NCBI RefSeq assembly: GCF_009914755.1
Contig: NC_060930.1
DNA from: the human T2T-CHM13v2.0 reference genome, Homo sapiens
Reading direction: 5' to 3' (one strand)
Length of the DNA: 64,000 nucleotides
Below the pieces are notes generated by a model. The model searched no databases and was not told where the DNA came from. It was given only the letters and a program-made list of their open reading frames with translations. The translations under genes were made by a program, and so were the position numbers. Numbering within the stretch: position 1 is the first letter of the stretch; every line of letters begins with the position of its first letter. This document shows, piece by piece, positions 12,433-25,703 of the stretch.

Positions 12433-13090
12433 TTTTAAAACGAATCCTGCCTCAGGTTTATTTGTACAAATAGCACAGGAGGACACCAGCCCCATGCAGA
12501 CGGCAGCCCAGGGGGTCACGCCAGTCCTTCTGTCCTCATATTGGCAGACAGAGATCTCTACCCTGAAGCCTTTGTAGGGGCCTGGGCACCTTTGGGAGCC
12601 TGAGTTGGAACTGAAGCTGGAGCTGCAGCCTGGGCCTTGATTTGGACCTGGGCCTTGGTTTGGTCCTGGGCCTCGGCCTTTGGCTGGCACAGCCTGAGCC
12701 CTTTGGCAATGCAGGCACAAGCACACGTCCAAAATTTGGGGTAGGCAATGTAGGCAAGTCAATTGAGCTCACAGCTGACACCCTTTGGGATCTTGGGCTT
12801 AACCTCTTTGGGCTTTACGAGGGCCTCGATAGCCTTGGCACATGTACTCACGGCCTTGGCACTGTCGGCCTGCATCTTCTTTAGGCCCTTCTTCTTGTGC
12901 TTCTTGGTAAAGCACATGTTCCCCAGGAACTTGGGGTCCACCCCCTTAAGAGATTTGTATCTTTGTGATAGGGGTTTCTTGATGACATTTCTGTGCCATT
13001 TTCGGGACTGGTTGTGTGTGGTGTGGTTCTTGGACTTGGCCATGTCTGCACCTTAAGCCACAGCTCCTGAAGCACCTAGAACCAGAAGTT
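12433..13090 (-). pseudogene. RPL29: Processed pseudogene of 60S ribosomal protein L29
   Basis: Minus ORF 13043-12759 [19 protein letters not shown]... matches RPL29; intronless; premature TGA after codon 94, then the frame continues to the native TAG (12560-12558); 5'UTR, AATAAA (12462-12457) and short A tail present; TSD gaatataacttt (12421-12432 / 13091-13102). Confidence 0.97.
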
Positions 13091-13104
13091 GAATATAACT
13101 TTAA

Positions 13105-13345
13105 CACAAGTTGTGAGAAGGGACAGAAAGGAAAAGATAAACAGTGGGCAGATCACAGAGGGCTGTGTATACTATATTAAATAACTTCGTATTTATGCTG
13201 TAACTATCAATGATTTTAAAGGAGAATGACTTGATCAGATTTTTGTTTTAAATAAATTATTCTGGTAGAAATATAAAGACAGATAATATTGAGCCAAGAC
13301 TGAAAGGAAGAGAGACCTGTAGGAGGTACTGACTCAATAGTGCAG
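13105..13345 (-). mobile_element. L2 fragment (host of the RPL29 retrocopy; more L2-like sequence at about 12040-12420)
   Basis: 'gggcagatcacagagggc...tgatcagatttttgttttaaa...gagagacctgtaggagg' resembles antisense L2. Confidence 0.6.
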
Positions 13346-14016
13346 GTTTGTTATATAGGTAAACTCATGCCATGGGAATTTGTTGTACAGATTATTTCAT
13401 CACCCAGGTACTAAGCTTAGTGCCCAATAGTTATCTTTTCTGCTCCTCTCCCTCCTCCCACCCTCCACCCTCAGGTAAGCCCCCGTGTCTGTTGTTCCTC
13501 TTTTTGTATCCATGTGTTCTCCTCATTTAGCTCCTACTTTTAAGTGAGACCATGCAGTATTTGGTTTTCTCTTCCTGCATTAGTTTGCTAAGGATAATGG
13601 CCTCCAGCTCCAACCATGTCCCTGCAAAGGACATGGACTCATTCTTTTCTATTGCTGCATAGTATTTCTTGGTGTATATGTACCACATTTTCTTTATCCA
13701 GTCTACCATTGATAGGCATTTAGGTTGATTCCATGTCTTTGCTGTTGTGAATAGTGCTGCAATGAACACGCATGTGCATGTGTCTTTATGATAGAATAAT
13801 TTCCATTCCTTTGGGTATATACCCAGTAATGGGATTGCTAGGTCAACTGGTAGTTCTGTTTTTAGCTCTTTGAGAAATTACCATACTGATTTCCACAATG
13901 GTTGAACTAATGTGCACTCCCATCAACAGTGTATAACCATCTACTTTTCTCAGCAACCTTGCCAGCCTCTGTTATTTTTTGACTTTTTAATAATAGTCAT
14001 TCTTACTGGTGTGAGA
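13340..14016 (-). mobile_element. L1PA (older, about PA8-PA16) 3' fragment
   Basis: Minus [21 protein letters not shown]... is the L1 ORF2 C-terminus, followed by 3'UTR; poly(A) end is missing. Confidence 0.92.
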
Positions 14017-17000
14017 GACCTGTCTTATTAATAAGATAAGGAAATCTAATAGAAAAAGGGAACAATTTGTGACACAAGATATAGAATGATATGAGGGGTT
14101 GGAATCAAGGGGTGGTCTTTAAAACTTGGAAGAGGAACCTTATCCTCTGAGACTGGTGAAGGAAGAGTTCAGACCTCCCTATGATAGGATGTGAGGAGCA
14201 GGAAGGAAGTGCATATCTGGCAGTATTCCATTCCTCCCTTTTTCTGAGCCCAGGGTGAAAGTATAAATAGATACTCACATGTCTATATCCAAATATTTAA
14301 AATTTATCAGTCAAGCAAAAAGTAGTTAAAATATGTTAGATATGTATGTTCAATAGAAAATGCCTATCTTGACAGATATACCTTCTTTAAAATTTGGGAA
14401 GCCAACTTTATTTCGAGTTTTGGACTCCTCGGAGCTCTATGCTAGAAGATAGAGACCTGAGAGAGCCACCCCAGCCCATGATCCAATTCTCTTGTCTTCC
14501 TACTTCTGGCCCCACAATATACCACGAGAGACCTACAAGGACACATGTAGACACCCAAGCCTGCAAGCCCAGACTCAGGCCACATCCCCCTGGAAATAGC
14601 CACTCCTTGGCCACCCCTTGAGCTTAGAGATGCATCCACAGTGGGTTCAGCCATCCTTGGGGGAAAAGATTCTGGAAGAAGTTCATGGAGGACCTATAAA
14701 CAGGCTCATGGCAATCTGTGCAAGGAATTCTGAGGTTCTGGGTACTCATAGCATAATGTAGAAAAGGAAATGTGGTTCTGGGTGGACATGTCCCCCTTAG
14801 ATTCACACACCCCTTGCCCTGTATGGAGGAGCTCAGCTATGAGGCCAGAATGATGCTCTCTGAAGATCAGGGCACAGGGCAGAAGCTCCTCTTGCCCAGG
14901 CCTAGGGGTGGTACAGTCCAGTAGCCTCTATGTTCTTGACGGAACCCAAAAACAAAAAAACAAAAAAAAAAGAAAGAAAGAAAGCTAAAGTTATTAGCCA
15001 ACACTGAAGTTGGTTGGGGATCCATCCAGAGGAACCAATGCTACCTCTCAGGTTTTGTTCTTTTAACTCCCGGGAAACAGTATCCAAGTAGTTTGTCAGG
15101 AGAATTTGTTTTTTCTCTTGAAGTAGAAGCACTCACCAGTCAAGCAAGCATGGATTAGAATCCCTGAGGTACTACAGCTTACAGGCATTTGCTTGGTAGA
15201 TTCTTTTTCCTACTCACTGCCAATTTGAGTGGACTCATAAAGTTTGCTTTGTGCCACAAGCATGAACTGGAAGGGCAAAAAAAAAAGACATCACCACAAA
15301 ACTCACTTCAAAGCCAGAGAGCTCTTGAAACTGATTTCATCTCAGGAGTCCCCAGCAGTGCTGAAAGCAGGTCACCTTCAGAAAGAGATCTGTCCACCAT
15401 GAAGGCTGCAGAGCTTTCATGAAGAGCAGGTCTTCTCCCCTGACATAAAGGTAAATCTAGGTGTAAATGGCATCACTGGCCAACAGAAACCGGGGCCCAC
15501 AGAAAGAGGAATGTCCAGAGGGCATTTTTTAAAATCTTAATATTAATTTTCTTTCCAAGGAAATGAAATATTTCAAAAAGGATAAGGATGACATGAATTA
15601 AATAACAGAGCAATGACAAGACACAAGTTATAACATTTTAAAAAATATTTTTATGCATGTGTAAAATGTTCATAATGTTACTTTAGGGGTACTTTAACTT
15701 CTCTTCCTGTGTATTATACCTGAACAATGATGGAATGATGTTTTTTTAAAAAAATATTAGGATTCTAAAGACCTTTTCTACCATTAATTTTCTATAATGG
15801 TGCTGAAATCTTATTATCTGCATTTTATTGCTATGAAAACTAAAATATAGAGCAGTTAAGTGACTATCCAGTGAACAAGTGGCAGAATTGGAAATAGCAC
15901 CCAATATTTTATCCTACCTATTAAATCATATATCTTGCTAACCTAGAGGTGCCTCTTTTCACACTAATCTACTTTTGATTCATAGCTATGGAAGTCCTGA
16001 ATGCTGACCTATTAGAAATCTGTAATTAGTCAGCTCCTAACTATATATTAGATTCTGTTAAGTAATGTCATTACAAGAACAAGGGGGATGAAACTGGAAA
16101 CATTTCGAAGAAATAAAACTATTCCTAAATCTTTGAAGATAGGTTAACTTATGACATGTCATCCCATGCACCATGTATCAATAAAAAAAAAAGTTCTAGT
16201 TTAGAAATGGTAAGAAAAATGTTCACGAAGTATTTAGATAAATTCATGCACAATGCACTCCTAATATATGCCCTAATATTAATTATCTCTGTTGTTTAAA
16301 TCCTCCTGCAGTAATCTGCCCTCTCTCTCAGCGATTATTATTGTCTACTTTGTACCTAGATCTATGTATGCAGATTTTACTTTCCCCACTAAATTCTAAA
16401 GGTGGTGATTGGGTCCCATACATTTTCTGTGTCCTCTGCAGTGGATAACAATGCCTCAGTCATGGTAGTAATAAGTTGTTGCTGAATGAAAACAATGCAT
16501 ATATTGGATTATATCACTAGGCTTTTCAGATTGATGTCCAAGACAACCAGATCTAGTCATTAGGTCTGTACCTAGGACCCCTGTCAAGGACAGAGCTCTG
16601 GGTGAGATGAATTGCAGGTCTAAACCAACAGCAATTCTCATGCTCTAAATTCACAAACCAAATGAAGGATTGTACACTCTAGAAAGGCTGCTATTCAGAT
16701 TTTAAAAAAATAAAACAAAGTAGATACAAATCCCTCTTTTAGTGTTCACTCTGACTGCAGGGAAGGATATACAGGTATTTCTTATCAGGCCAGAAAGACT
16801 GCCTAGCTAAGAAATAAACATCTTAAGTTAAAGATTTTTATTTCCACTATGTGGGCAACCCTTGCATAGTGAACTTGCACTCAGAGAAAATCTGTTTATT
16901 GTGCCGTAAAAAGGAAAGTCCCCAATAATTAGGAAGCATCATGTGTGCTCGAAGAAATGAAGTCAATAACAGTATTCCAATGTGTGTTGTATCTAAACTA

Positions 17001-17631
17001 AACTATAAAAGTAGCTTTTTACCATTGCATGCAAATGATGGCTGGAAAATAGCCCACTTTACATAATTGCACAGCTGTGGGCAGTCTGGCTTCCAAAATT
17101 CAGGATGCATCGTGATAACATGTGTAGGACCCAGAAAGGGGTTAATTTTGAAAACAGTCACTTTCATATACTCAGATGGAGACAGAGCACCATTATTGAT
17201 GTTTAATCGATCAATAGGCATTTCTTCCTATGATATGAAGTTTACATTACCCTCCATCTGGAGTGAGTGAAGGAATAAGAAGGAAATCTGTTAAATGCAA
17301 AATTACTTCTTATTCGCTTTGCCCATGTCATTTCAGTTCAGCTTACTACATGTTAATCTTTTCTATGACTTAAATAAAGCAATAGAAAGTGATTGCACTT
17401 TAACCCTTTTGTGGATTTCTCAAACGCTTTAATCTAAACGCAACAATTTAGACCATGATTTAGGATAAGCTATCATATCTCTGTCTCACAACATGATCAA
17501 GTAATTGGCCAGTTACTTCGTAGGTTCCATTTCTTCACCAGTTCTATAAAATCCTACGGTCCCAGATTTCTCAAACCCCTTCTTTCTGCAGCAACTCTGC
17601 TCCCCGTTTCAGTTTCTAAGTCTAGAAAGCA

Positions 17632-17840
17632 ATGTGGTAGAATGCAACGAGTATGAATTTAGCTACAAATAGACCACATTTAAAATTTCAGTTCCACGGA
17701 ACTGCCTATACGAGACCCTAAACAATATGTTAACCTCTCTAAGACTCCATTTCTGTATCTGTAAGATGGTTACACTAGAGCCTGGCTCATAAATGAAATA
17801 ACATATATGAAGTGCCTGGTACATAAAGGTCACTTAATTC
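17632..17840 (+). mobile_element. MIR
   Basis: 'ttaacctctctaagactccatttctgtatctgtaagatgg...aagtgcctggtacata'. Confidence 0.65.
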
Positions 17841-18047
17841 ATACACATAGCCTTTCCTCACCCTCAAATGGGATCATTTGTTTTTTTCTGCATTTAGAAT
17901 CATGTTTTGTGAATGGTGGTGTTTGTTTCATTTCCTAGACTCTGGCTTATTAATTCACATAGTCAAAGCATAGTGTAGAAGGTGCAGATTTGTATCTTCT
18001 ATTTCAGAAAAGACAAATTAGTAAAAATTTTTTGAAATGGTGAACCA

Positions 18048-18337
18048 GGCTGGCCATGGTGGCTCATGCTTGTTGTAATCCCAGAACTTTGGGAGGCTGA
18101 AGTAGGAGGATTGCTTGAGGCCGGGAGTTTGGTATGAGCCAGAGCAACATAGAGAGACCTCTGTTACTACAAATTTTTTTTAATTAGCAATGGTGGCATT
18201 TGCCTGTATCCTAGCTATTCAGGAGGCTGTGGTGGGAGGATCACCTGAGCTCAGGGGACTGAGGCTGCGATGAGCCATGTTTGTGCCACTGCACTCCAGC
18301 CTGGGCAACAGAATGAAACCCTGTTTCAAAAAAAAAA
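18048..18337 (+). mobile_element. AluJ
   Basis: Dimeric Alu with J-type 'ggaggattgcttgaggcc'; high divergence. Confidence 0.9.
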
Positions 18338-18857
18338 GCCAACCAAGCAAGTGTGTTTAGCTGGTGACCTAATGACCAGGGAGTAAGATTGTTTAGTGCT
18401 TTGGTAAGTTATTTTTATTTTGTTATGTATTATAAGTTCGATTATTACCATTACTGGGGTGGAAGTGAGGGGGTTGTCAGGACAAGTGCATATCCTCCTG
18501 AATGGATAAATAAGGCAGAGGAAGGCATGTGACCTAAATGTGTGTGCTACAGACCATGTGTACTATTCTCCATCATGTATCTCCTAAATTTTCTTAGTAA
18601 AGAAAGACGTGAACAGGAAGCCCCCTCCTTAACAAGGTCTCACTGTGCCCCTACGATTTCCCCATTCATGCCTACAATGTTAAAGTCTTCCAAAGGAAGA
18701 GTCTTCAGACCTTCTGTACATGTAGTGACAATCATCTGCTGTGTACAGAAAACCTCCAGGTAGGAGAGAGAGAGCTGCTGCCATTGTGTTTAAATTCCTA
18801 AGATCAACACTCGGCATTTTAAGGTAATAAATAGCAATAGTTCTCATTGTAGCAATT

Positions 18858-19045
18858 TCTTTTTTATTCATATTTTTAATTGACAAATCATAATTGTATC
18901 CATTTGTAAGGTACAGTGTGATATTTTGATATATGTATACAATGTGTAAAGATTAAATCAAGCGAATTAACACATCCATCGCTTCACTTATTCTTTCTGG
19001 TGCGATATTTGAAATTTACTCATTGCTATTTTGAAATACACAATT
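18858..19045 (-). mobile_element. L1MA 3' end fragment
   Basis: 'ttttaattgacaaatcataattgtat...gtacagtgtgatattttgatatatgtatacaatgtg'. Confidence 0.75.
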
Positions 19046-19525
19046 TCTATCTAGTTCAGGGCCACATGGGCAACCATTAGAATGCGGTATAAAATCAGTA
19101 GGTACTAATGAATAATGAATGAAGGCTCACTCCCAAACCAGGCGATCTAATGGAAAGTTTAACATAATTTCACAATCCAAACCATTGTTCACCCACTTGT
19201 TCTGCTTCTTGCTCTCTGTATATCCTACCTTCATGTGTGCAGGCTGCTCAGCCACTAAGAAACCTATTACCTGGAACAAGTTCAACCTGCTGCTTTCGTC
19301 TGACCTAGACTTTGCAATGCAATAAGAAATCCTTCTGTATTAAGAATGTAGAATATGGATTATAAGTGTTAGGTAATTCTTTGGTCCTTAGGGTCACACA
19401 AGGTTGTCCACTGAGCATGCTCATGACACAACATCAAACCTGTCAAAGTGGAGCAGCATGGATTTCATTTGTGATGGGACCTCCTGAAACGTGCAAAGAC
19501 CAGACAGAATGTAGCCAATCAATGA

Positions 19526-19948
<423 letters not shown>

Positions 19949-21085
19949 TAGAAAAGTCAAACTCAGTCATTACTAGAGCTCTCCAAGCATAGGTCACATA
20001 AAAAGTCCCTGGGTCTGAAGCAGGACGAGACATCGTGGAGGCCCCACTGGTTATGAGACATCCGGAGATACAGAAAACCACCAGGGTCTCCATGGTCCTG
20101 GCCATCTGGGATAGGGCAACTCATCTGCTTCTGTTCCATTTGTGGGGTTCAGAAAATCCTCAGCAAAACTGGAAGTGCCCTGCCTCTGAGGTGCATCAAA
20201 CAGGTGTCCCATTTGAGTCATGCTGCTCCCTTGGGTGGCTGCCACTAGAGGGGACATGCCCCCCACTACTGATGAAATTCATCAACCTCCAACCTTCTCC
20301 CAGTCCAGGTGAATGACCTCTCCCCTCCCTGCTCAACGCTCTCAAAAGCATTCTGGGCTCTCTTCTCCTTCTCTGGTGAAATCTAATCTAGTCTGAGCTT
20401 AGGCTTTTTCAAAAATCAGGAAGACCTTCTGCTTTTGAGGCAAGAGAAGGCAAAGCCTGGATTTCTGTTAGAAATGGGAAGGATAGAAGTGACTCCAAGA
20501 AGGAAGCAAGACCAAAATCTTAGGAAATTATCCCATCCCATTGGTGTCATAAAAAAAGCAGATGAGTTGCCCTTGAGTTCCTGGCCTGGGAACTGGGTAG
20601 GACCAACTCTCCCAGACAGAGAAGTTCTGGGAGCCACAGTCAGGATGCACCACCCCCAGGCACACTGGCTATGTGTGAGAACCAAGAAATTATCATGGGT
20701 GTTTCAGGGCAGCACCCCCATGTGCCTTCCCACCCATCCCTCAAGGGATTCTGGGCAGAGGTTCCCATGGGCTTGGAGTAGCAGTAAGTTAAATGAAATA
20801 GGGAAGATGAACTGAAAGAATCACAAGACCAAAAGCATGGCAGGAATCTGCAAACACAAGACCAGCCTACCTTTGAGCCTAAAATCCAGCTGGATATTTG
20901 TGGAGAGGTCACCTTATTCATGGCCAAAGGGCTGACCAGATCCACGCCAGCAGGGAGTGCTGAAGAGGAAGAGAGAAGCTTCTCCGCAGGACAGCATCAG
21001 CACCTACAGCTGGTTTGAAAGGGCCCTGAGGACCAAGCAGATAAGAGAGGTCATGGTTAGGTAGGGGCTATTGAGAGTCATGACG

Positions 21086-21135
21086 TGGACACACAGCCTT
21101 GACATGGACACACAGCCTTGCAATGGACACACAGC
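21086..21135. repeat. 19-bp tandem repeat x2.6 (tggacacacagccttgaca)
   Basis: Units start at 21086, 21105, 21124. Confidence 0.9.
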
Positions 21136-22181
21136 AGACAAACAGCAAGGGAATCACAGGGCACCAGAGCAAGAGGACAGGCAAGGCAAATGTGCCCAAT
21201 GCTTGGAGACTCTGCCAGGGAACTGGGGCCTCCATATACAGGGATCCCACTGCTAGGAATTCTGGAAAAAGGCCCCTCTAGACATGGACTTCAACTGTGC
21301 CCTGTCTGGCTGGTATTGCTGAGAAAACTTCAGTTACACTTTCAAGCACAAGCAAAAATCTCTTCACATTATAAGAAAAAAGATCATCCTTTTAAGCAAT
21401 GAGGTCTCATGTTCTGGTCCCCAGGTAATTTGACTGAGATTGAACTTAGCAAATGTTTACGGAGACAGAAAACAATGATTAACAAATTCATTAATTCAAT
21501 TAGGGCACAGGGTAGCTCCTCCAAAAATGTTTGTTGTTGCTGCTGCTGATGACGATAATTAAAATCTTGTTTATAGATAGGTTGTGATGTATAATCATTT
21601 CATAACTAAGTCCTTATGCCTTGATGAGAACTATCATTGTGTGTAAATATTGACTAAGGCTGAGCTTCACACATGCCATTGAAATTCCAGTTTATAATCT
21701 CCTGCTAACCAACAGTAATGAACTAAACTGAGACCTCAGATCCAACAAACAACCTGCTGGCATTGATGGTTGGAGGTGCACACGTGATCCTAAATCAACA
21801 TATCTTATAATCGTTTTTTGTATTTTGCAGACCATCTGGGCTTAACTGATAGAAAGAAATTCTTCATGAGAATTCTGAAATTTCTTCATCATTCAGTGAC
21901 TTCTAGGATTTCTAATGGTGAAGATCTTCTCTATGATTCAGGCCCCCACAGAGCACCAGGAGGTTGGGGGACCAACAGCTTCTGGATTCAATGGGCCTCT
22001 GATACTGTCAATGTGACCCAGTGCACTTTTGCTAGAAGAGTGGTGCTTTTTCATTAGGAAGCCATCTTGTCCTGAGAATGACTAAAAAAAATTAATTTTC
22101 TAAATGTCAGCCCAAACCGGCAAGAATAAATGTGCTGAGTTTGGTGCCAGTGGCAAGAATCTACTTTTTTAAAAATTATCA

Positions 22182-22664
<483 letters not shown>

Positions 22665-23476
22665 TTACTTAATAATTTACCAGATGGAAATTTAAATTAT
22701 GAGATACTGTCTGTAAGTAAATTAGAGTAAGTCGGTAACTTAAACATATTCACTAAAACCCAAATCCAAACTCGCATTTTGCCACAAGTTACCCTTTACT
22801 ACCATTTACTCCAAACCATCAGCTGAGGTGTTGGCATCAACAGGACTACCAGAAAAGGGAAGCAACATTTCCTCTGCACAGAGCTTGGGGGCTGGGAGGG
22901 ACCCTCTTTTACAGGCATGAGTGAAATTAATGTGAAAGAGGCAAGAAATCTTACTGTGCATTCCTGTACATAGTACATTATCTCCTCTCATCTGGAAGCA
23001 TCTATTGAAGGGCAGGCTACTGTAGAAGGCATTAGGATTATCAAGACAAATTTAAAGAGAAATAGTGTGTTTGAATTTAGCTGTCAGCATTCAAAGCTGG
23101 GAAAGACAATAGTTTGATAGATTTTGTAGATGGAGAGAGAGAGAGAGAGAGAGAGAAAGAAAATCTTCTAAATTCTTTTCCTGTATCAGGAAACAAGCCT
23201 GAGGGCTCAGGTCTCAGACTTTCTTCTATAATGTAGATAAGATTCCCATTCTGCTTATGACAGGCCATTATGCTTGTTGCCCTAAAGTGGAAAGAGGATA
23301 TGCCAAAGAGGAAGACGTACAGATAGAAAATTCTGAACCTTTAAGAAAAGTCTAGAGGCTGCCCCCAGAAGGAGATTGTGGGAAGAGGAGATGAGAAAGG
23401 CCAAGAAAGCAAGGTCCAATATCAAGGTTCTCCCGGTCCACTCTGGGGTGGAGCAGCTTTTAAAATATCCAGTAAG

Positions 23477-23782
<306 letters not shown>

Positions 23783-24505
23783 TCCAGCAAGGTATACGAG
23801 AACCCGCTGGTGGCACCTTCCTGGGGTATAGCAGGGTGTAGTGGCAAGCCTTCCCCGTGGCCCAGGACACAGGCACAGCCTCATCAGAGGAGTGACCTGG
23901 TGAGTCTTCTGACATTCCTGTCCCAGTAGCGTGCATGGGGACTCAGGTAACCACATGCCTCACTGTGATGATGCATAAAGAACCCACACAGGCTGGGTTA
24001 GAATGAGGATGCTCTCAGGTGGGGGCTTTAAGAAAAGGGACAAATGGTCCAAAGCCAGATGGAACCAGCATTTCTCCATGATCACCAGACCAGGAAGCAG
24101 GAAAGGCCAACCACTCTGTCTCAGAAGACAGTGAGGACATAAATGGCCTCACTGCTAAGAGATTGCGTGCCACCTGGGGTGGGTGGTGAGAGCCAGGGGT
24201 GGGAAATCTGAAAGATCCAAAGAGGCAGAGCCACAACTACACATCAGACTAGGTTTCTAGAATTTTACTAGGTGGTGTCCCCTGCCCTAACTGCCCCAAC
24301 CCCTCGCACCTACCCAGCAGACAGGGACTTGTGTGCAAGATGAGAACAATAAAGAGACCTGGTTTTCTTTGAGCAGAAAAGTGTAACATGAGCAAATTTG
24401 CCACTTGAGTTCGGCAGCTTCAGGAAGTCTCAATTAGCTACATGTATAGACGAAATATTCTGAACCTTGGAGAAGATGCTACTGGCTTCAAAAAGACAAA
24501 ATTTT

Positions 24506-24805
24506 GGCTAGATGCAGCGGCTCATATCTGTAATCCCAGCACATTGGGAGGCCAAGGCAGGAGGATTACTTGAGGCAAGAATTCGAGACCAGCCTAGGTA
24601 AAATAGGGAGACCCCCCCATCTCTTTAGAAATAAAAAATAAAATTGGCTGGGCACAGTGGCCTATTCCTGTAGTCCCAGCTACTCAGGAGGCTGAGGTGG
24701 GAGGCTCTCTTGAGCCCAGGAAGTCGAGGCTACAGTGACCCATGATGGCACCAGTGCACTCCAACCTGGGCAACAAAGCAAAAGTCTATCTCCAAAAAAA
24801 CCAAA
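24506..24805 (+). mobile_element. AluJ
   Basis: Diverged dimeric Alu; TSD-like acaaaattt. Confidence 0.88.
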
Positions 24806-25365
24806 CAAAATTTAATCCTTTGACCATGTGATTTTGTATCGTATGTTATACTATATTATGTATTATGCATCATGTGTATACATTATTTAGACATTTTTTG
24901 CTTTTAAATTCTTCAAGTGGATGTGCCTAGGTAGCTGGACATTTTGTCTTCTCGTCCTTCATCCCGGGTCCGGGTCATCCCACACATGCACCACCTCTTG
25001 GGCAGATCAGGGAGCTCTTCTGCTCTGTCAGAAATGAGACAGGAATGGAACAACTGGCTGTGTGGTGAGGTAGGGCCGGGGAGAGGAGAAACTCAGGGGT
25101 ACAAGGGTGAGGGGAGGGAGAGAGACTCCTAGTAAGTCTTCTCATGAGGTCCGAGAGAGAAGCAGCCACATGATGGCTACAGAAACAAGGAATGAAAGCT
25201 TTCATGTCTGGCGTGTGGAGCACATGGGGCCATCTGAGTGCTTTCTCCAACCTTGGAGAAGGCACTTTCTAGTCTCTGCACAAGGGAGATTATGAATTAT
25301 GGATTATGGATTGCAATGGGGATACTTGAGTCAGAGGTAAGAAGGTGAAGTGCATGTCCTACTGG

Positions 25366-25369
<4 letters not shown>

Positions 25370-25425
<56 letters not shown>
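25370..25425. repeat. Compound (TG)n(AG)n microsatellite
   Basis: Directly visible. Confidence 0.95.
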
Positions 25426-25426
<1 letters not shown>

Positions 25427-25546
25427 ACACGAGTAAGAACAGCAAGACTGGCTAGTAAGAAATCTACTAGGAATGCATTTCTAGCATGAAAGGCATGATC
25501 CTAAGATTATACATAAACACAAAGAATCAGCAGCCCAATTACATTT

Positions 25547-25703
25547 CACCTGTAGTCCCAGCTACTCAGAAGGCTGAGGTGGAAGGATCACTTGAGCCCA
25601 GGGAGGTCAAAGCAGCCGTGAGCTGTGGTCATACCGCTGCACTCCAGCCTAAGCGACAGAGCAAGACCCTGTCTCAAAAACACAAACAAACAAACAAACA
25701 AAA
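25547..25703 (+). mobile_element. Alu right-arm monomer (AluJ/FRAM-like)
   Basis: 'cacctgtagtcccagctactc...gagcaagaccctgtctcaaaaa'. Confidence 0.85.

Noticed and set aside
12415-13075. Alternative-frame and antisense ORFs over the RPL29 retrocopy
   Set aside because: Shadows of the pseudogene's coding sequence
14225-14915. Possible ancient hAT-type DNA transposon
   Set aside because: The right end looks TIR-like, but I could not match both termini or name a family
21086-21135. Short direct repeats as a CRISPR-like array
   Set aside because: Head-to-tail minisatellite without spacers, in a mammalian genome
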